DNA from: an uncultured Bacteroidales bacterium
Lineage (GTDB): Bacteria > Bacteroidota > Bacteroidia > Bacteroidales > UBA10428
NCBI GenBank assembly: GCA_964534745.1
Contig: CAZHQW010000006.1
Coordinates: forward strand, 15,233 to 79,232
DNA: 64,000 nucleotides
Direction of reading: 5' to 3'
Below the pieces are notes generated by a model that saw only the letters and a program-made list of their open reading frames with translations, made no database searches and had not been told where the DNA came from. Position numbers and translations under genes: made by a program. This document shows, piece by piece, positions 30,591 through 41,017 of the stretch (its first letter is position 1; each line of letters begins with the position of its first letter).

Positions 30591-30906
30591 AAAGACAAAA
30601 GCATCTGCAACAACAACAACCAGAAACCTTGACAAGCTTGAAAAGGACACGGGCAACATATACGAGACTGTTATTATATGTGCCAAAAGGGCAAACCAGA
30701 TAGGTATTGAAATTAAGGAAGAGCTCAACCGTAAACTTGAAGAGTTTGCCTATTATACTGATAACCTTGAAGAGGTTTTTGAGAACAGGGAGCAGATAGA
30801 GATTTCCAAGTTTTATGAGCGCATGCCCAAGCAGACACTTATTGCCCTTGATGAATATGAGAATAGTAAAATATATATCAGAAGAGTAGAAAACGAAGAA
30901 AGCTGA
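30580..30906 (+). CDS. rpoZ: DNA-directed RNA polymerase subunit omega
   Basis: 108 aa. NIYETVIICAKRANQI core. 11-nt overlap with bamD. Confidence 0.6.
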   Translation: MDYKKTKASATTTTRNLDKLEKDTGNIYETVIICAKRANQIGIEIKEELNRKLEEFAYYTDNLEEVFENREQIEISKFYERMPKQTLIALDEYENSKIYIRRVENEES

Positions 30907-32123
30907 TGTTAAAAGGCAAGAAAATAATCCTTGGTGTCACGGGAAGCATTGCGGCGTATAAGGCTGCCTTGCTCGTCAGGCTGCTTGTCAGGGAAGGAGC
31001 GGAAGTAAAGGTGATAATGACCGGCCTGGCCAGGGAATTTATTACACCCTTAACTATGGCAACTCTTTCCAGGAATCCTGTTATGGTTGAATTCTTTAAT
31101 CCGGAGAACGGGGAATGGAACAATCATGTAAGGCTCGGCCTGTGGGCAGATGCACTGGTGATTGCACCGGCAACAGCAAACACTATAGCCAAGATGGCAA
31201 ACGGTATTGCCGATAACCTGCTTTGTACAACCTATCTCTCTGCCAGATGTCCGGTTTTCATAGTGCCGGCAATGGATGAAGATATGTATAACCATAAAGC
31301 TACACAAAGAAACATACAAAACCTGCAGGCTGACGGAAATATTATCCTTGAAGCTGCTGCAGGAGAACTGGCGAGCGGACTGGAAGGTAAAGGCAGGATG
31401 GAAGAGCCTGAAGAGATAGTACGCCAGCTTAAAAAGTATCTTAAAGACAATACATTTAAAAAAAAACTCAGCGAAAGCCTGATAAATAAAAAAATACTCG
31501 TTACTGCGGGTCCGACCATCGAAAATATTGATCCTGTAAGGTATATCAGCAACTATTCATCAGGCAGAATGGGCTATGCCCTGGCTGAAGAACTGGCAAA
31601 TGCAGGTGCCAGGGTGACACTTATCAGCGGTCCGGTCAGCCTTTCAATAAACCATCCTGATATTGAGATTATCAATGTGGTAAGTGCTGATGACATGTAC
31701 AGGCAGGCGGTGAAAAGGTTCGGAGGCATGCACGGGGCAGTTCTTGCAGCGGCCGTAGCGGACTATAAGCCTGAAAATGTATCGCAAAAAAAAATCAGAA
31801 GCTCTGAAAAACATCTCGTGATAAAACTTGAACCTACTATCGATATTGCCGGGGAGCTGGGTAAGAGAAAAAAGAAAGGCCAGTTTCTTGTGGGCTTCGC
31901 CCTCGAGGTGGAGGATGAAATTGAAAATGCAAGACTCAAACTCAGAAAGAAGAACTTTGATTTTATTATCCTTAACTCCCTCAAAACAAAGGGAGCCGGT
32001 TTTCAGCATGACACCAACAAAATAACAATAATAGACAAAGACAATAAAATAGCTGATTTCAAGTTAAAGCATAAAAAAGATGTTGCAAGGGATATTGTTG
32101 AAAAGATTGCGGAATTAATATGA
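30906..32123 (+). CDS. coaBC: Bifunctional phosphopantothenoylcysteine decarboxylase / phosphopantothenate-cysteine ligase
   Basis: GVTGSIAAYKA, PATANTIAKMANGIADNLL, ISNYSSGRMGYALAEE, AAAVADYKP. Confidence 0.92.
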   Translation: MLKGKKIILGVTGSIAAYKAALLVRLLVREGAEVKVIMTGLAREFITPLTMATLSRNPVMVEFFNPENGEWNNHVRLGLWADALVIAPATANTIAKMANGIADNLLCTTYLSARCPVFIVPAMDEDMYNHKATQRNIQNLQADGNIILEAAAGELASGLEGKGRMEEPEEIVRQLKKYLKDNTFKKKLSESLINKKILVTAGPTIENIDPVRYISNYSSGRMGYALAEELANAGARVTLISGPVSLSINHPDIEIINVVSADDMYRQAVKRFGGMHGAVLAAAVADYKPENVSQKKIRSSEKHLVIKLEPTIDIAGELGKRKKKGQFLVGFALEVEDEIENARLKLRKKNFDFIILNSLKTKGAGFQHDTNKITIIDKDNKIADFKLKHKKDVARDIVEKIAELI

Positions 32124-32130
32124 TCAAGCC

Positions 32131-33036
32131 ATGAAAAAAACCATTCTTGCACTTTCTTTGTTTGGATGCGGCATTAACTTATTCCCGCAGGAGCTGAACT
32201 GTAATATCCAGATAGTAACACAGCAGATCCAGGGAACAAATAAGCAGATATTCGAGACAATGCAGGGAGCTATATATGAGTTTATGAACAATACCAGCTG
32301 GACTTCCCATGTGTTTGAGCTTAATGAAAGGATAGAATGCAATATGCTGTTCAACCTTCAGGAGCAGGTAAGTGACGAAGAGTTTAAGGGCACCCTGCAA
32401 ATACAGGTGCGCCGTCCGGTTTACAACAGCTCGTATAATACGGTATTGTTTAATTATGTGGATAATGACCTGAATTTCAAGTATGTCGAATACCAGCCCT
32501 TGCAGTTCAGTGAGAACACCCATTTATTAAACCTTACTTCAATTCTGGCCTATTATGCTTATATAATACTGGGACTGGACTACGATTCGTATTCATATGA
32601 AGGAGGAACCGAGTTTTTCCAGAAAGCGGAAAAGATCGTGAATAATGCACAAAATGCCCCTGAAAAAGGATGGAGATCCATTGACAGCCAGAGCCGCAAA
32701 AACAGGTACTGGCTCATTGACAATATACTGAACGAAGATTTCAGTCCGGCCCGCGAATTCATGTACAGGTATCACCGGCTGGGACTTGATATGATGTATG
32801 AAAAGGTAAATGAGGCCAGGGCCGAGATAGCGGAAAGCCTGAAACTGCTGCAGCAGGTATACAGAAATAAACCTGATCCGTTCATGCATTTTTTACAGGT
32901 TATCTACGATGCAAAATCAGACGAGTTTGTGAATATTTTCAGGGAGTCTTTCCTGGATGAAAAAACCCGCGTTTTCTCGCTTCTCAATGAAATTGACCCG
33001 GCCAATACAAACAAATACGAAGCTATACTCAAGTAG
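32131..33036 (+). CDS. Conserved Bacteroidota secreted protein (DUF4835-like) in the coaBC-recN block
   Basis: Signal peptide. Its position between coaBC and recN matches a block I recall as conserved in Bacteroidota. The family name is from memory only. Confidence 0.45.
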   Translation: MKKTILALSLFGCGINLFPQELNCNIQIVTQQIQGTNKQIFETMQGAIYEFMNNTSWTSHVFELNERIECNMLFNLQEQVSDEEFKGTLQIQVRRPVYNSSYNTVLFNYVDNDLNFKYVEYQPLQFSENTHLLNLTSILAYYAYIILGLDYDSYSYEGGTEFFQKAEKIVNNAQNAPEKGWRSIDSQSRKNRYWLIDNILNEDFSPAREFMYRYHRLGLDMMYEKVNEARAEIAESLKLLQQVYRNKPDPFMHFLQVIYDAKSDEFVNIFRESFLDEKTRVFSLLNEIDPANTNKYEAILK

Positions 33037-33152
33037 CTTGTCCTCCTGTTTAATATCCTGTTGAAAAGCTTTTAATATTAAATATTCTAATTTTAATTTA
33101 GAATTATTCTTTTTGCTTAATTTTAACCTGTCCGCTCATATAAGCAAGAATA

Positions 33153-34808
33153 ATGATCCAGTCTCTGTCAATAGAAAACTATGCAATAATAAACAGTCTT
33201 GAAATAAACTTTAACAGGGGCCTTTCAATAATAACCGGTGAAACGGGCGCCGGAAAGTCAATACTGCTGGGTGCCCTTTCTTTAATACTGGGGAAAAGGG
33301 CAGATATTTCCATCCTCAAGGACAAGACAAAAAAATGTATAGTTGAGGGTACTTTTGATATAAGAGACTACGGATTTCAGGATTTCTTTATTGAAAATGA
33401 TATTGATTATGAAGATTCTACTATTCTCAGAAGAGAGATATCCCCGAACGGTAAATCGAGGGCCTTTATCAATGATACTCCCGTAAACCTGAACCTGCTC
33501 ACCGAGACAGGTATTAGATTTATCGATATACACTCCCAGCACCAGAATCTTAATCTTGGCAACAGCCAGTTCCAGTTAAAGGTTATAGACAGTTTCTCAC
33601 ATACAGAGGAGCTGCTTAAACAATACCAGGATGTATATGATTTTTACAGGAAACTGCTCAAGGAGTATAATGAACTGCAGGAAAAATCCCGACAGTCACA
33701 GTCTGATCTGGACTATTACCAGTACCAGTATGAACAGCTTGATGTTGCCAGATTAAAACCAGGGGAGCAGGACGAGCTGGAACAGGAACTGGAAACTCTA
33801 AGTCATGCAGAGGAGATAAGGAACAGCCTTGACAGCTCTTCGGGCATGCTCGGTGGCCATGATAATTCCATACTGAGCCAGCTTAAAGAAGTATATACCA
33901 TTATAAATAAAATTATCAAATTTTTACCCGGTGTCGCAGGTTACGGAAAAAGGCTCGAGAGTGCCTATATTGAACTGAAGGATATAGGAAATGAACTTGA
34001 AGCCATAAAGGAAAAAATAGAACTTGATCCCGGAAAACTGGAATATATAAATGAAAGACTTGACCTTATTTATTCGCTTGAGCAAAAGCATAAAGCAAGC
34101 AATATAAAAGAACTCCTGGATATAAAAGAATCATTAAGGTGTAAAATTGATGAGGTCACCTCCTATGAATCCAGGCTTGAAGAGCTGAGAAAAAAAAGAG
34201 ATGACGGTGAGCAGAAACTGAATGAACTGGCCCGGAAGCTTTCACAGCGAAGACAGGAATCCTTAAAAAGCATAGAAAAAGAGGTTTCCCTGCTTCTTGT
34301 TGATTTGGGCATTCCTAACGGCAGGTTCGAAATAAAGCATAGCACTGTAGCTGATTACACAATAAACGGCATTGACAGGGTCCAGTTCCTGTTTTCAGCA
34401 AACAAGAATATTGAGTTGCAGGATATCTCAAGAATTGCTTCCGGGGGAGAGCTGTCGAGACTAATGCTCAGCATCAAATCGCTTTTATCCGATTCAAGCG
34501 GACTGCCGGCAATAATTTTTGATGAAATAGATATGGGTGTTTCAGGAGAGATTGCAGATAAGGTTGGCAATATAATTAAAAGGATGTCTGCAGGTATGCA
34601 GATAATCAACATTACTCACCTTCCCCAGGTTGCATGCAAGGGTGATTTCCACTACCTCGTTTATAAGTCAGATGAAGGTGAGTCAACAACAGCACATATC
34701 AAACTTCTCAGCAATGAGGAAAGGCATATAGAAATTGCACGAATGCTGAGCGGCGAAGAGCTTACTGAAGCCGCCATGCAAAATGCGAGGGAGCTTCTGA
34801 AAAACTGA
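33153..34808 (+). CDS. recN: DNA repair protein RecN
   Basis: Walker A GETGAGKS, long coiled coil, ASGGELSRLML signature, IFDEIDMGVSG. Confidence 0.92.
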   Translation: MIQSLSIENYAIINSLEINFNRGLSIITGETGAGKSILLGALSLILGKRADISILKDKTKKCIVEGTFDIRDYGFQDFFIENDIDYEDSTILRREISPNGKSRAFINDTPVNLNLLTETGIRFIDIHSQHQNLNLGNSQFQLKVIDSFSHTEELLKQYQDVYDFYRKLLKEYNELQEKSRQSQSDLDYYQYQYEQLDVARLKPGEQDELEQELETLSHAEEIRNSLDSSSGMLGGHDNSILSQLKEVYTIINKIIKFLPGVAGYGKRLESAYIELKDIGNELEAIKEKIELDPGKLEYINERLDLIYSLEQKHKASNIKELLDIKESLRCKIDEVTSYESRLEELRKKRDDGEQKLNELARKLSQRRQESLKSIEKEVSLLLVDLGIPNGRFEIKHSTVADYTINGIDRVQFLFSANKNIELQDISRIASGGELSRLMLSIKSLLSDSSGLPAIIFDEIDMGVSGEIADKVGNIIKRMSAGMQIINITHLPQVACKGDFHYLVYKSDEGESTTAHIKLLSNEERHIEIARMLSGEELTEAAMQNARELLKN

Positions 34809-34824
34809 GCTTTACCAAACTAAC

Positions 34825-36417
34825 TTAAAATCCCTTGAGTCTTATTGTTACTGTTGGTATAAGGAGAATAAATCCCAGCAATATGAGTATCGCCATTAAA
34901 GGGGCAATCCACCTTACCCACTTTTCATAGGGGATCCTGGCCACCCCCAGAACCCCTATCAGCACTCCCGATGTCGGAGTGATCATATTGGTAAAGCCGT
35001 CACCGAACTGGTAAGCCATGACTGTTGCCTGCCTTGATATGTTAATCAGATCAGAGAAGGGCGCCATAATGGGCATGGTTAATGCAGCCTTGGCCGATCC
35101 TGAAGGGATTATAAGATTCAAAACAGTCTGTATAACATACATCATACCTACTGATTCCACCTTTCCAAAGCCTTCCATGGACCGTGACAGTCCGTACAAA
35201 ATAGTATCAACTATCTGTCCGCTCCTCAGAATCTCTATAATACCTCCTGCCAGTCCGACTACCAGTGCAGCGGGAAGGATATCCCTCACCCCTTCGAGGA
35301 AAAGTCCCACTATCCTGTTTGCCGGATTGTTCAATGCTACCCCTGATAAAATCCCCATTGCAAAAAACAGGGATGCTATCTCCATTATCTGCCAGCTGTA
35401 GCCAATAACACCTGCTATTAAAAAAAGGATAGTAAAAACCAGTAATGATATAATAAAAAAGTGCACCGATTTTCTTAATGCAAGGAACCCCGTGGCGGCA
35501 AACAGACATGTCAGCGCGGGTACCAGGGGTATGCTGAAGGAGCCGGAATAATTACCTAATTTTAAAGAGGTCAGTGGGTAATAAACACAGAATACTGCCA
35601 GTCCGCCCGTAACCAGTATATAGGTTATCCATGCCGATACAGGCGTATAATATTTAATATCATTTAAATCAGTCTCCCCTCTTTTTCTCCAGTATTTATC
35701 TTCATTATACACAAGCGATTTCTTTGGTAATTTTCTGATCCTGCCTGCATATATTAATATGAAGGTTATTCCCGCAGTGTTAATAACTATCCAGCAGAAC
35801 ATGCGGTATCCTATGCCTGAAAACAATGGCAATCCGGCTATATCCTGGGCTATGCCTATAGTAAAGGGATTCAGAATTGCCCCCGCAAATCCCAGTCCGG
35901 CCCCTACAAATACTATCGCCACTCCGGTGAAAGAATCATAACCCATGGAAATGGCAAGGGGGACCATGATTATTACAAAAGCTATTGTCTCCTCGCTCAT
36001 TCCAAAAACAGCGCCGAATATGCTGAACATAAGCATAATAAATACAAGTATAATATTATTTACGTCCACCGGTTTAAATATCCTGCTGTGTTCAGCCCTT
36101 GCTATAATATTTAGAAATGATTTTATTCCCACATCTATGGCCTTGCTGCTGTTCATGATCCAGAATGCCCCGCCAATCATCAGTATAAAAACAATAATAC
36201 CTGCCTGCTTTTCAAATCCCCTGAAAAGTGCGGCAAAGACCTGCCAGCTTTGTTTTACATTCTGTGTATACTCGAACTCATATACTTTGCTTTCTATCCC
36301 GTTTACCAGCTCTGTCCTCTCAATATAGCGGCCCCCGGGTATTATCCATGTCATCACAGCCGCAATGATTATTATATAAAATATGATAACATATGTATGA
36401 GGTACCTTCCTTAACAT
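34825..36417 (-). CDS. YfcC/DcuC-family membrane transporter
   Basis: 530 aa, more than 10 TM helices, glycine-rich helices (VGAGLGFAGAILNPF) typical of the YfcC family. Confidence 0.7.
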   Translation of the reverse strand: MLRKVPHTYVIIFYIIIIAAVMTWIIPGGRYIERTELVNGIESKVYEFEYTQNVKQSWQVFAALFRGFEKQAGIIVFILMIGGAFWIMNSSKAIDVGIKSFLNIIARAEHSRIFKPVDVNNIILVFIMLMFSIFGAVFGMSEETIAFVIIMVPLAISMGYDSFTGVAIVFVGAGLGFAGAILNPFTIGIAQDIAGLPLFSGIGYRMFCWIVINTAGITFILIYAGRIRKLPKKSLVYNEDKYWRKRGETDLNDIKYYTPVSAWITYILVTGGLAVFCVYYPLTSLKLGNYSGSFSIPLVPALTCLFAATGFLALRKSVHFFIISLLVFTILFLIAGVIGYSWQIMEIASLFFAMGILSGVALNNPANRIVGLFLEGVRDILPAALVVGLAGGIIEILRSGQIVDTILYGLSRSMEGFGKVESVGMMYVIQTVLNLIIPSGSAKAALTMPIMAPFSDLINISRQATVMAYQFGDGFTNMITPTSGVLIGVLGVARIPYEKWVRWIAPLMAILILLGFILLIPTVTIRLKGF

Positions 36418-36471
36418 TTAATATATTTTTAAATTTCCGTCTAAAGTAGTAATTTTTCAATTTCTTAAGTT

Positions 36472-37437
36472 TTGGCTATGGATGAAATCATAGAATGTGT
36501 TCCCAATATCAGTGAAGGCAAAGACCCGGCAATAATAAATTCAATAGCGGGCGAGATAAAGAAGGTTGAAGGAGTAAAGCTCCTGGATGTGGATTCGAAC
36601 ATGTCTGCCAACCGCACTGTAATAACTTTTGCCGGTGCACCCCCAAAAGTGGTTAAGGCAGCTTTTAACATGATTAAAAAAGCGATTGAATTGATTGACA
36701 TGAGTACACATAAAGGGGTTCATCCGCGAATTGGGGCTGTTGACGTATGTCCCCTCGTGCCCCTGAGGGACATATCTATGAAGGAAACCGCAGAATATGC
36801 ACGGCAGCTGGCGATGAAGGTGACCGAAGAACTGGGCATCGCAGTCTATTGTTATGGATACGCAGCATATAGCGAAAAAAGGAAAAACCTGGCCCGGATT
36901 CGTTCGGGCCAGTACGAGGGATTAAAGAAAAAGCTGTCTGTGCCCGAATGGAAACCTGACTTCGGGCCCGCACGGTTCAATCCGAAATCCGGTGCAGTGG
37001 CCATAGGAGCCAGGAATATCATGGTTGCATATAATATTAACCTGGACACCAAGTCACTTGAAACGGCAAAGAGTGTGGCATCGCATATACGCTCTGCGCT
37101 GGACGGAGTAAAAGCTATAGGCTGGTATATCAGCGAATATAACTGTGCACAGGTTTCAACCAATATATATGATACCGGGAAATCACCGCTTTATGTTGTA
37201 TTTGAAGAGGTTTCGAGGAAAGCTGATGAATACTGCGTAAGTGTTACAGGTTCTGAGATTGTGGGACTTGTGCCCCTGGAATCACTGGTAAATACAGGAA
37301 AACATTACTCCGGGCACCCTTACAAAACCGTTCCTGATTATGAACTTATTGAACTTGCAATAGACAAACTGGGACTGAATGATGTAAAAGTTTTCAATCC
37401 CGGGGACAAGGTCATAGAATTTTTGCTGAATTTTTAA
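36472..37437 (+). CDS. ftcD: Glutamate formimidoyltransferase (FtcD N-terminal type, no cyclodeaminase domain)
   Basis: IIECVPNISEGKD start motif, HPRIGAVDVCP. At 321 aa it covers only the formiminotransferase part. Confidence 0.85.
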   Translation: MAMDEIIECVPNISEGKDPAIINSIAGEIKKVEGVKLLDVDSNMSANRTVITFAGAPPKVVKAAFNMIKKAIELIDMSTHKGVHPRIGAVDVCPLVPLRDISMKETAEYARQLAMKVTEELGIAVYCYGYAAYSEKRKNLARIRSGQYEGLKKKLSVPEWKPDFGPARFNPKSGAVAIGARNIMVAYNINLDTKSLETAKSVASHIRSALDGVKAIGWYISEYNCAQVSTNIYDTGKSPLYVVFEEVSRKADEYCVSVTGSEIVGLVPLESLVNTGKHYSGHPYKTVPDYELIELAIDKLGLNDVKVFNPGDKVIEFLLNF

Positions 37438-37764
37438 CCTTTTCAGATGAAATTTAATTTTTGACAGAATAAATAATAATGGTGATGAATTTAACTTTTT
37501 TGATGGTAAAACGCTTAATTTTTATTTTTTTACCCTCTATAACTGTCATAATAATAACAGATTAGCAAAATTGTCGCATATTTATTTATGCTTTTTTCAT
37601 ATTTATTCAGTGTATCGACTTAATAATTAAACAGTTAAAAACACTTCACTATATTTTATTTTTTCAGATTTTTTTATAGATTTACGCCCTTGAAGTATTA
37701 TAGAATGTTGTAACTAGTAATTTTTTTTAATTATTAGCCTATTAAAAACCTAAAATTATTATCT

Positions 37765-40700
37765 ATGAAAAAAATTGCAAGTTTTATTGTATGTTGGGTA
37801 TTTATTGGCTTTGGTGTCATATTCGCCCAGGACATACAAATCTCTGGGACAATCATCAATGCGGATGATGGTACTGCCCTGCCGGGTGTGTCTGTTTTTG
37901 TGAAAGGTACATCCATAGGGACAGCCTCAGACATAAATGGTGATTATTCTCTAACAGTTCCTCCGGACGCAACCCTTGTTTTCAGTTCAGTTGGAATGAA
38001 AACACAGGAGATGCAGGTGGCCGGACAGACTGTTATTGATGTTAGTTTGGAAACAGAGGTACTTGGTTTGGAAGAGGTAATAGTCACGGCTATAGGTATT
38101 TCGAGGGCAGAAAGAGCCCTGGGATACTCGGTAGCCACGATATCATCTGACGAAACCCTCCAGAAATCAGAACCTGACTTGCTGAAATCACTTGAGGGTA
38201 AAATACCCGGAGTGGATATCAGAAGTACCAGTGGTGCACCGGGTTCTGCTACCCGTATCACTATCAGGGGTAATTCATCATTCCTGGGTGATAACCAGCC
38301 GCTGTTTGTTGTAGATGGCATTCCTTACAGCAATGACCAGTATACTACAACAAGCCAGAGCAGTGGTGGTGGAGCTTATGGTACCAGTCTTTCAACACTT
38401 GACCCGAACGACATTGCCTCGGTATCGGTATTAAAGGGAGCCCCTGCTGCCGCCCTGTACGGATCAAGGGCTAAAAACGGGGTAGTTGTTATTACTACAA
38501 AATCAAGAAGCATAAATCCTTCGAAAAAAGGACTTGAGGTTACGGTATCAAGCTCCGTTAACTGGGAGCAAATATCTAACCTTCCGGAATACCAGAACAC
38601 TTATGGAAATGGCGTTGACTTCGTATATGCCAATGCCAATGGTTCATGGGGCCCCAGATTCGACTCCCGTGATTCCATTAAAACATGGGATATGTACAAA
38701 GATGCTTTTCCTGATATGTTTGGTGATAGTGTGCCATGGGTACCTGATCCCAACAATGTTGAAGGCCTTTTCAAAACCGGACTTGTATATGAAAATTCGG
38801 TTAATATTACAGGAGGAGATGAAAAATCAGGATTTAACCTGACGGCTTCCATGCTGAACAATGACGGGTATATTCCTTATTCGAGCTTTGACCGTTACGC
38901 TATCAGCCTCGGCGGCACAACACTGCTGGCAAATAAATTAAGGGCCGGTGGTACTTTCAGCTACACAACAAGCCAGCAGTCAGGTGGTATATTCGGTAAT
39001 AACCAGGCTGACGATGACAATGCCGCTTCCTCATTTGCCCGTGCATTATGGCTGGGCAGGGCATGGGACTACAGCCTTCCCTATACCGATCCTGTCACAG
39101 GAGGACCCATACAGCATAACGGGCCGGGACAGTTTGACAACCCTATGTGGTCATGGGAACACAACAAGGTTATCACTGACATGGACAGGATTGTAGGTAC
39201 AATAAACCTGTCATATAACTTCACAGACTGGCTGAATGCCAGCTATGAGATTGGAGTAAACACTTTTATTCAGAGAAGGCAACAGATAATAGATAAAGAA
39301 TCAAGAGGATACCAGGGACTGGGTGCTATTATTGATGACGATGTATGGCAGCAGGAAATAGAATCGAACTTCCTGTTAACCTTTAACAAGCAGTTTGGTT
39401 CAGGCATAGATTTCAAAGCCATACTGGGTCACAATGTAAACCAGCAGACACTTGACGAGCAGGCCTTCAGGGGTATACAAATTGTTACTCCCGGTATTTA
39501 TGACCTTGACAATACAAACAGTGTAATCCCCTTTGGCGGTATATATGAACGCCAGAGATTAGTGGGAGCATTTGCAGATGTTACGGTAGGTTATAAAAAC
39601 TTCCTTTACCTGAACCTTACAGGCAGAAATGACTGGTCTTCAACATTGCCGGTTGATAACAGATCTTATTTCTATCCTGCTGCTTCAGCATCATTCATGT
39701 TCTCAGAGCTGCTTGATGTGAATGAAAAAATATTGAGCCTCGGTAAGATAAGGGTTGGCTGGGGTAAGGTTGGAATGGACGCTGATCCTTACAGCATCTA
39801 TACTACTTTTATTAGTAAAGCTGCAGAATTTACCGATGTTGAACAAAAAGCCGGCTATAAATATGCTGCGTTCCCGTTCCTCGGGCAGGCTGCTATGACC
39901 ACACCTGATAGAGGTAACGACCCCGAACTTAATCCCGAGTTTAAAAGTGAATATGAAGTCGGTACCAACCTGGGATTCATTAATAACAGGATTAATGTAG
40001 ACTTTACCTATTACTCAAATAAATGTACGGATATGATATATCCTGTGAGTGTTGCAGCTTCATCAGGAATTACCTCACAGTGGACAAATATAGGGGAGAT
40101 GACTAATAAGGGAGTTGAGGTTGCATTAGATCTGGTACCTATCAGGACTGCCAGCGGCTTTACATGGGACATTCATTCCATATTCACAAAGAATGTCAGT
40201 GAAGTTGTCGATGTATTTGAAGGCGAGCCCCAGGAAGGTGAAGTGGAAAGAACATCATTGTACGGATTATTTGGCGATCCATATATTGTTGCACAGGTCG
40301 GACAGCCTTACGGCGCATTCCTGGGTGAAGTTGACGTAAGGGACGATAATGGAAACTTGCTTATAAATCCGGGTAACGGATTTCTGATAAGATCCAGAAC
40401 ACTAGAAATATACGGAGATCCCAATCCCGATTATAAACTCAGTGTTACCAGTACTTTGTCATTCAGGGGATTATCGGTACGTGCACTTATGGATTATACC
40501 AAGGGAGGTGACGTATATTCATATTCTATTGTTTCATTACTGGGCAGAGGTGTTACAAAAGATACGGAAGACAGGGAACACAGCTTCGTGATCCCCGGAT
40601 ATTACGGTGACCCGAATACTGAGGAACCGCTCCTTGATGCTGACGGTAACGAGATACCGAATATAACACAGGTCAGTATGAACGACCTGTACTTTGGTGA

Positions 40701-40998
40701 ATCGTTTGCAATAAACTCAGCAGGTGAATGGAACGTATATGATGCAACCAAATTAAGTTTAAGGGAAATTGCAGTCGGATATGATCTTCCGAAGAAGCTT
40801 CTGAGCAAGACACCTTTCGGCACGATAAATATCAGCCTGACGGGCAGGAATTTGTGGTTCTATGCTCCGAATATTCCCGAATACACCAACTTCGACCCGG
40901 AAGTTAACGCTTACGGCGCTACGAATGTTCAAGGTGTTGAATATACTATTGCACCCTCAGTAAAAAGATATGGTGTTAATCTTAAGATTACTTTCTAA
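37765..40998 (+). CDS. SusC/RagA-family TonB-dependent outer membrane transporter
   Basis: Signal peptide, CarboxypepD_reg-like domain (ISGTIINADDGTALPGVSVFVKGTSIGTASDINGDYSL), plug (ALGYSVATIS...LEGKIPGV...IRGNSS), 22-strand barrel ending in ...YGVNLKITF. No STN domain. Confidence 0.92.
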   Translation: MKKIASFIVCWVFIGFGVIFAQDIQISGTIINADDGTALPGVSVFVKGTSIGTASDINGDYSLTVPPDATLVFSSVGMKTQEMQVAGQTVIDVSLETEVLGLEEVIVTAIGISRAERALGYSVATISSDETLQKSEPDLLKSLEGKIPGVDIRSTSGAPGSATRITIRGNSSFLGDNQPLFVVDGIPYSNDQYTTTSQSSGGGAYGTSLSTLDPNDIASVSVLKGAPAAALYGSRAKNGVVVITTKSRSINPSKKGLEVTVSSSVNWEQISNLPEYQNTYGNGVDFVYANANGSWGPRFDSRDSIKTWDMYKDAFPDMFGDSVPWVPDPNNVEGLFKTGLVYENSVNITGGDEKSGFNLTASMLNNDGYIPYSSFDRYAISLGGTTLLANKLRAGGTFSYTTSQQSGGIFGNNQADDDNAASSFARALWLGRAWDYSLPYTDPVTGGPIQHNGPGQFDNPMWSWEHNKVITDMDRIVGTINLSYNFTDWLNASYEIGVNTFIQRRQQIIDKESRGYQGLGAIIDDDVWQQEIESNFLLTFNKQFGSGIDFKAILGHNVNQQTLDEQAFRGIQIVTPGIYDLDNTNSVIPFGGIYERQRLVGAFADVTVGYKNFLYLNLTGRNDWSSTLPVDNRSYFYPAASASFMFSELLDVNEKILSLGKIRVGWGKVGMDADPYSIYTTFISKAAEFTDVEQKAGYKYAAFPFLGQAAMTTPDRGNDPELNPEFKSEYEVGTNLGFINNRINVDFTYYSNKCTDMIYPVSVAASSGITSQWTNIGEMTNKGVEVALDLVPIRTASGFTWDIHSIFTKNVSEVVDVFEGEPQEGEVERTSLYGLFGDPYIVAQVGQPYGAFLGEVDVRDDNGNLLINPGNGFLIRSRTLEIYGDPNPDYKLSVTSTLSFRGLSVRALMDYTKGGDVYSYSIVSLLGRGVTKDTEDREHSFVIPGYYGDPNTEEPLLDADGNEIPNITQVSMNDLYFGESFAINSAGEWNVYDATKLSLREIAVGYDLPKKLLSKTPFGTINISLTGRNLWFYAPNIPEYTNFDPEVNAYGATNVQGVEYTIAPSVKRYGVNLKITF

Positions 40999-41017
40999 CT
41001 AAATAACATTAAATATT

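Noticed and set aside
29769-34808. A tightly overlapping bamD-rpoZ-coaBC-(DUF4835-like)-recN block, considered as a possible novel functional module.
   Set aside because: As far as I recall, this gene order is a widespread conserved housekeeping synteny in Bacteroidota. The overlaps reflect compact operon structure rather than a new system.
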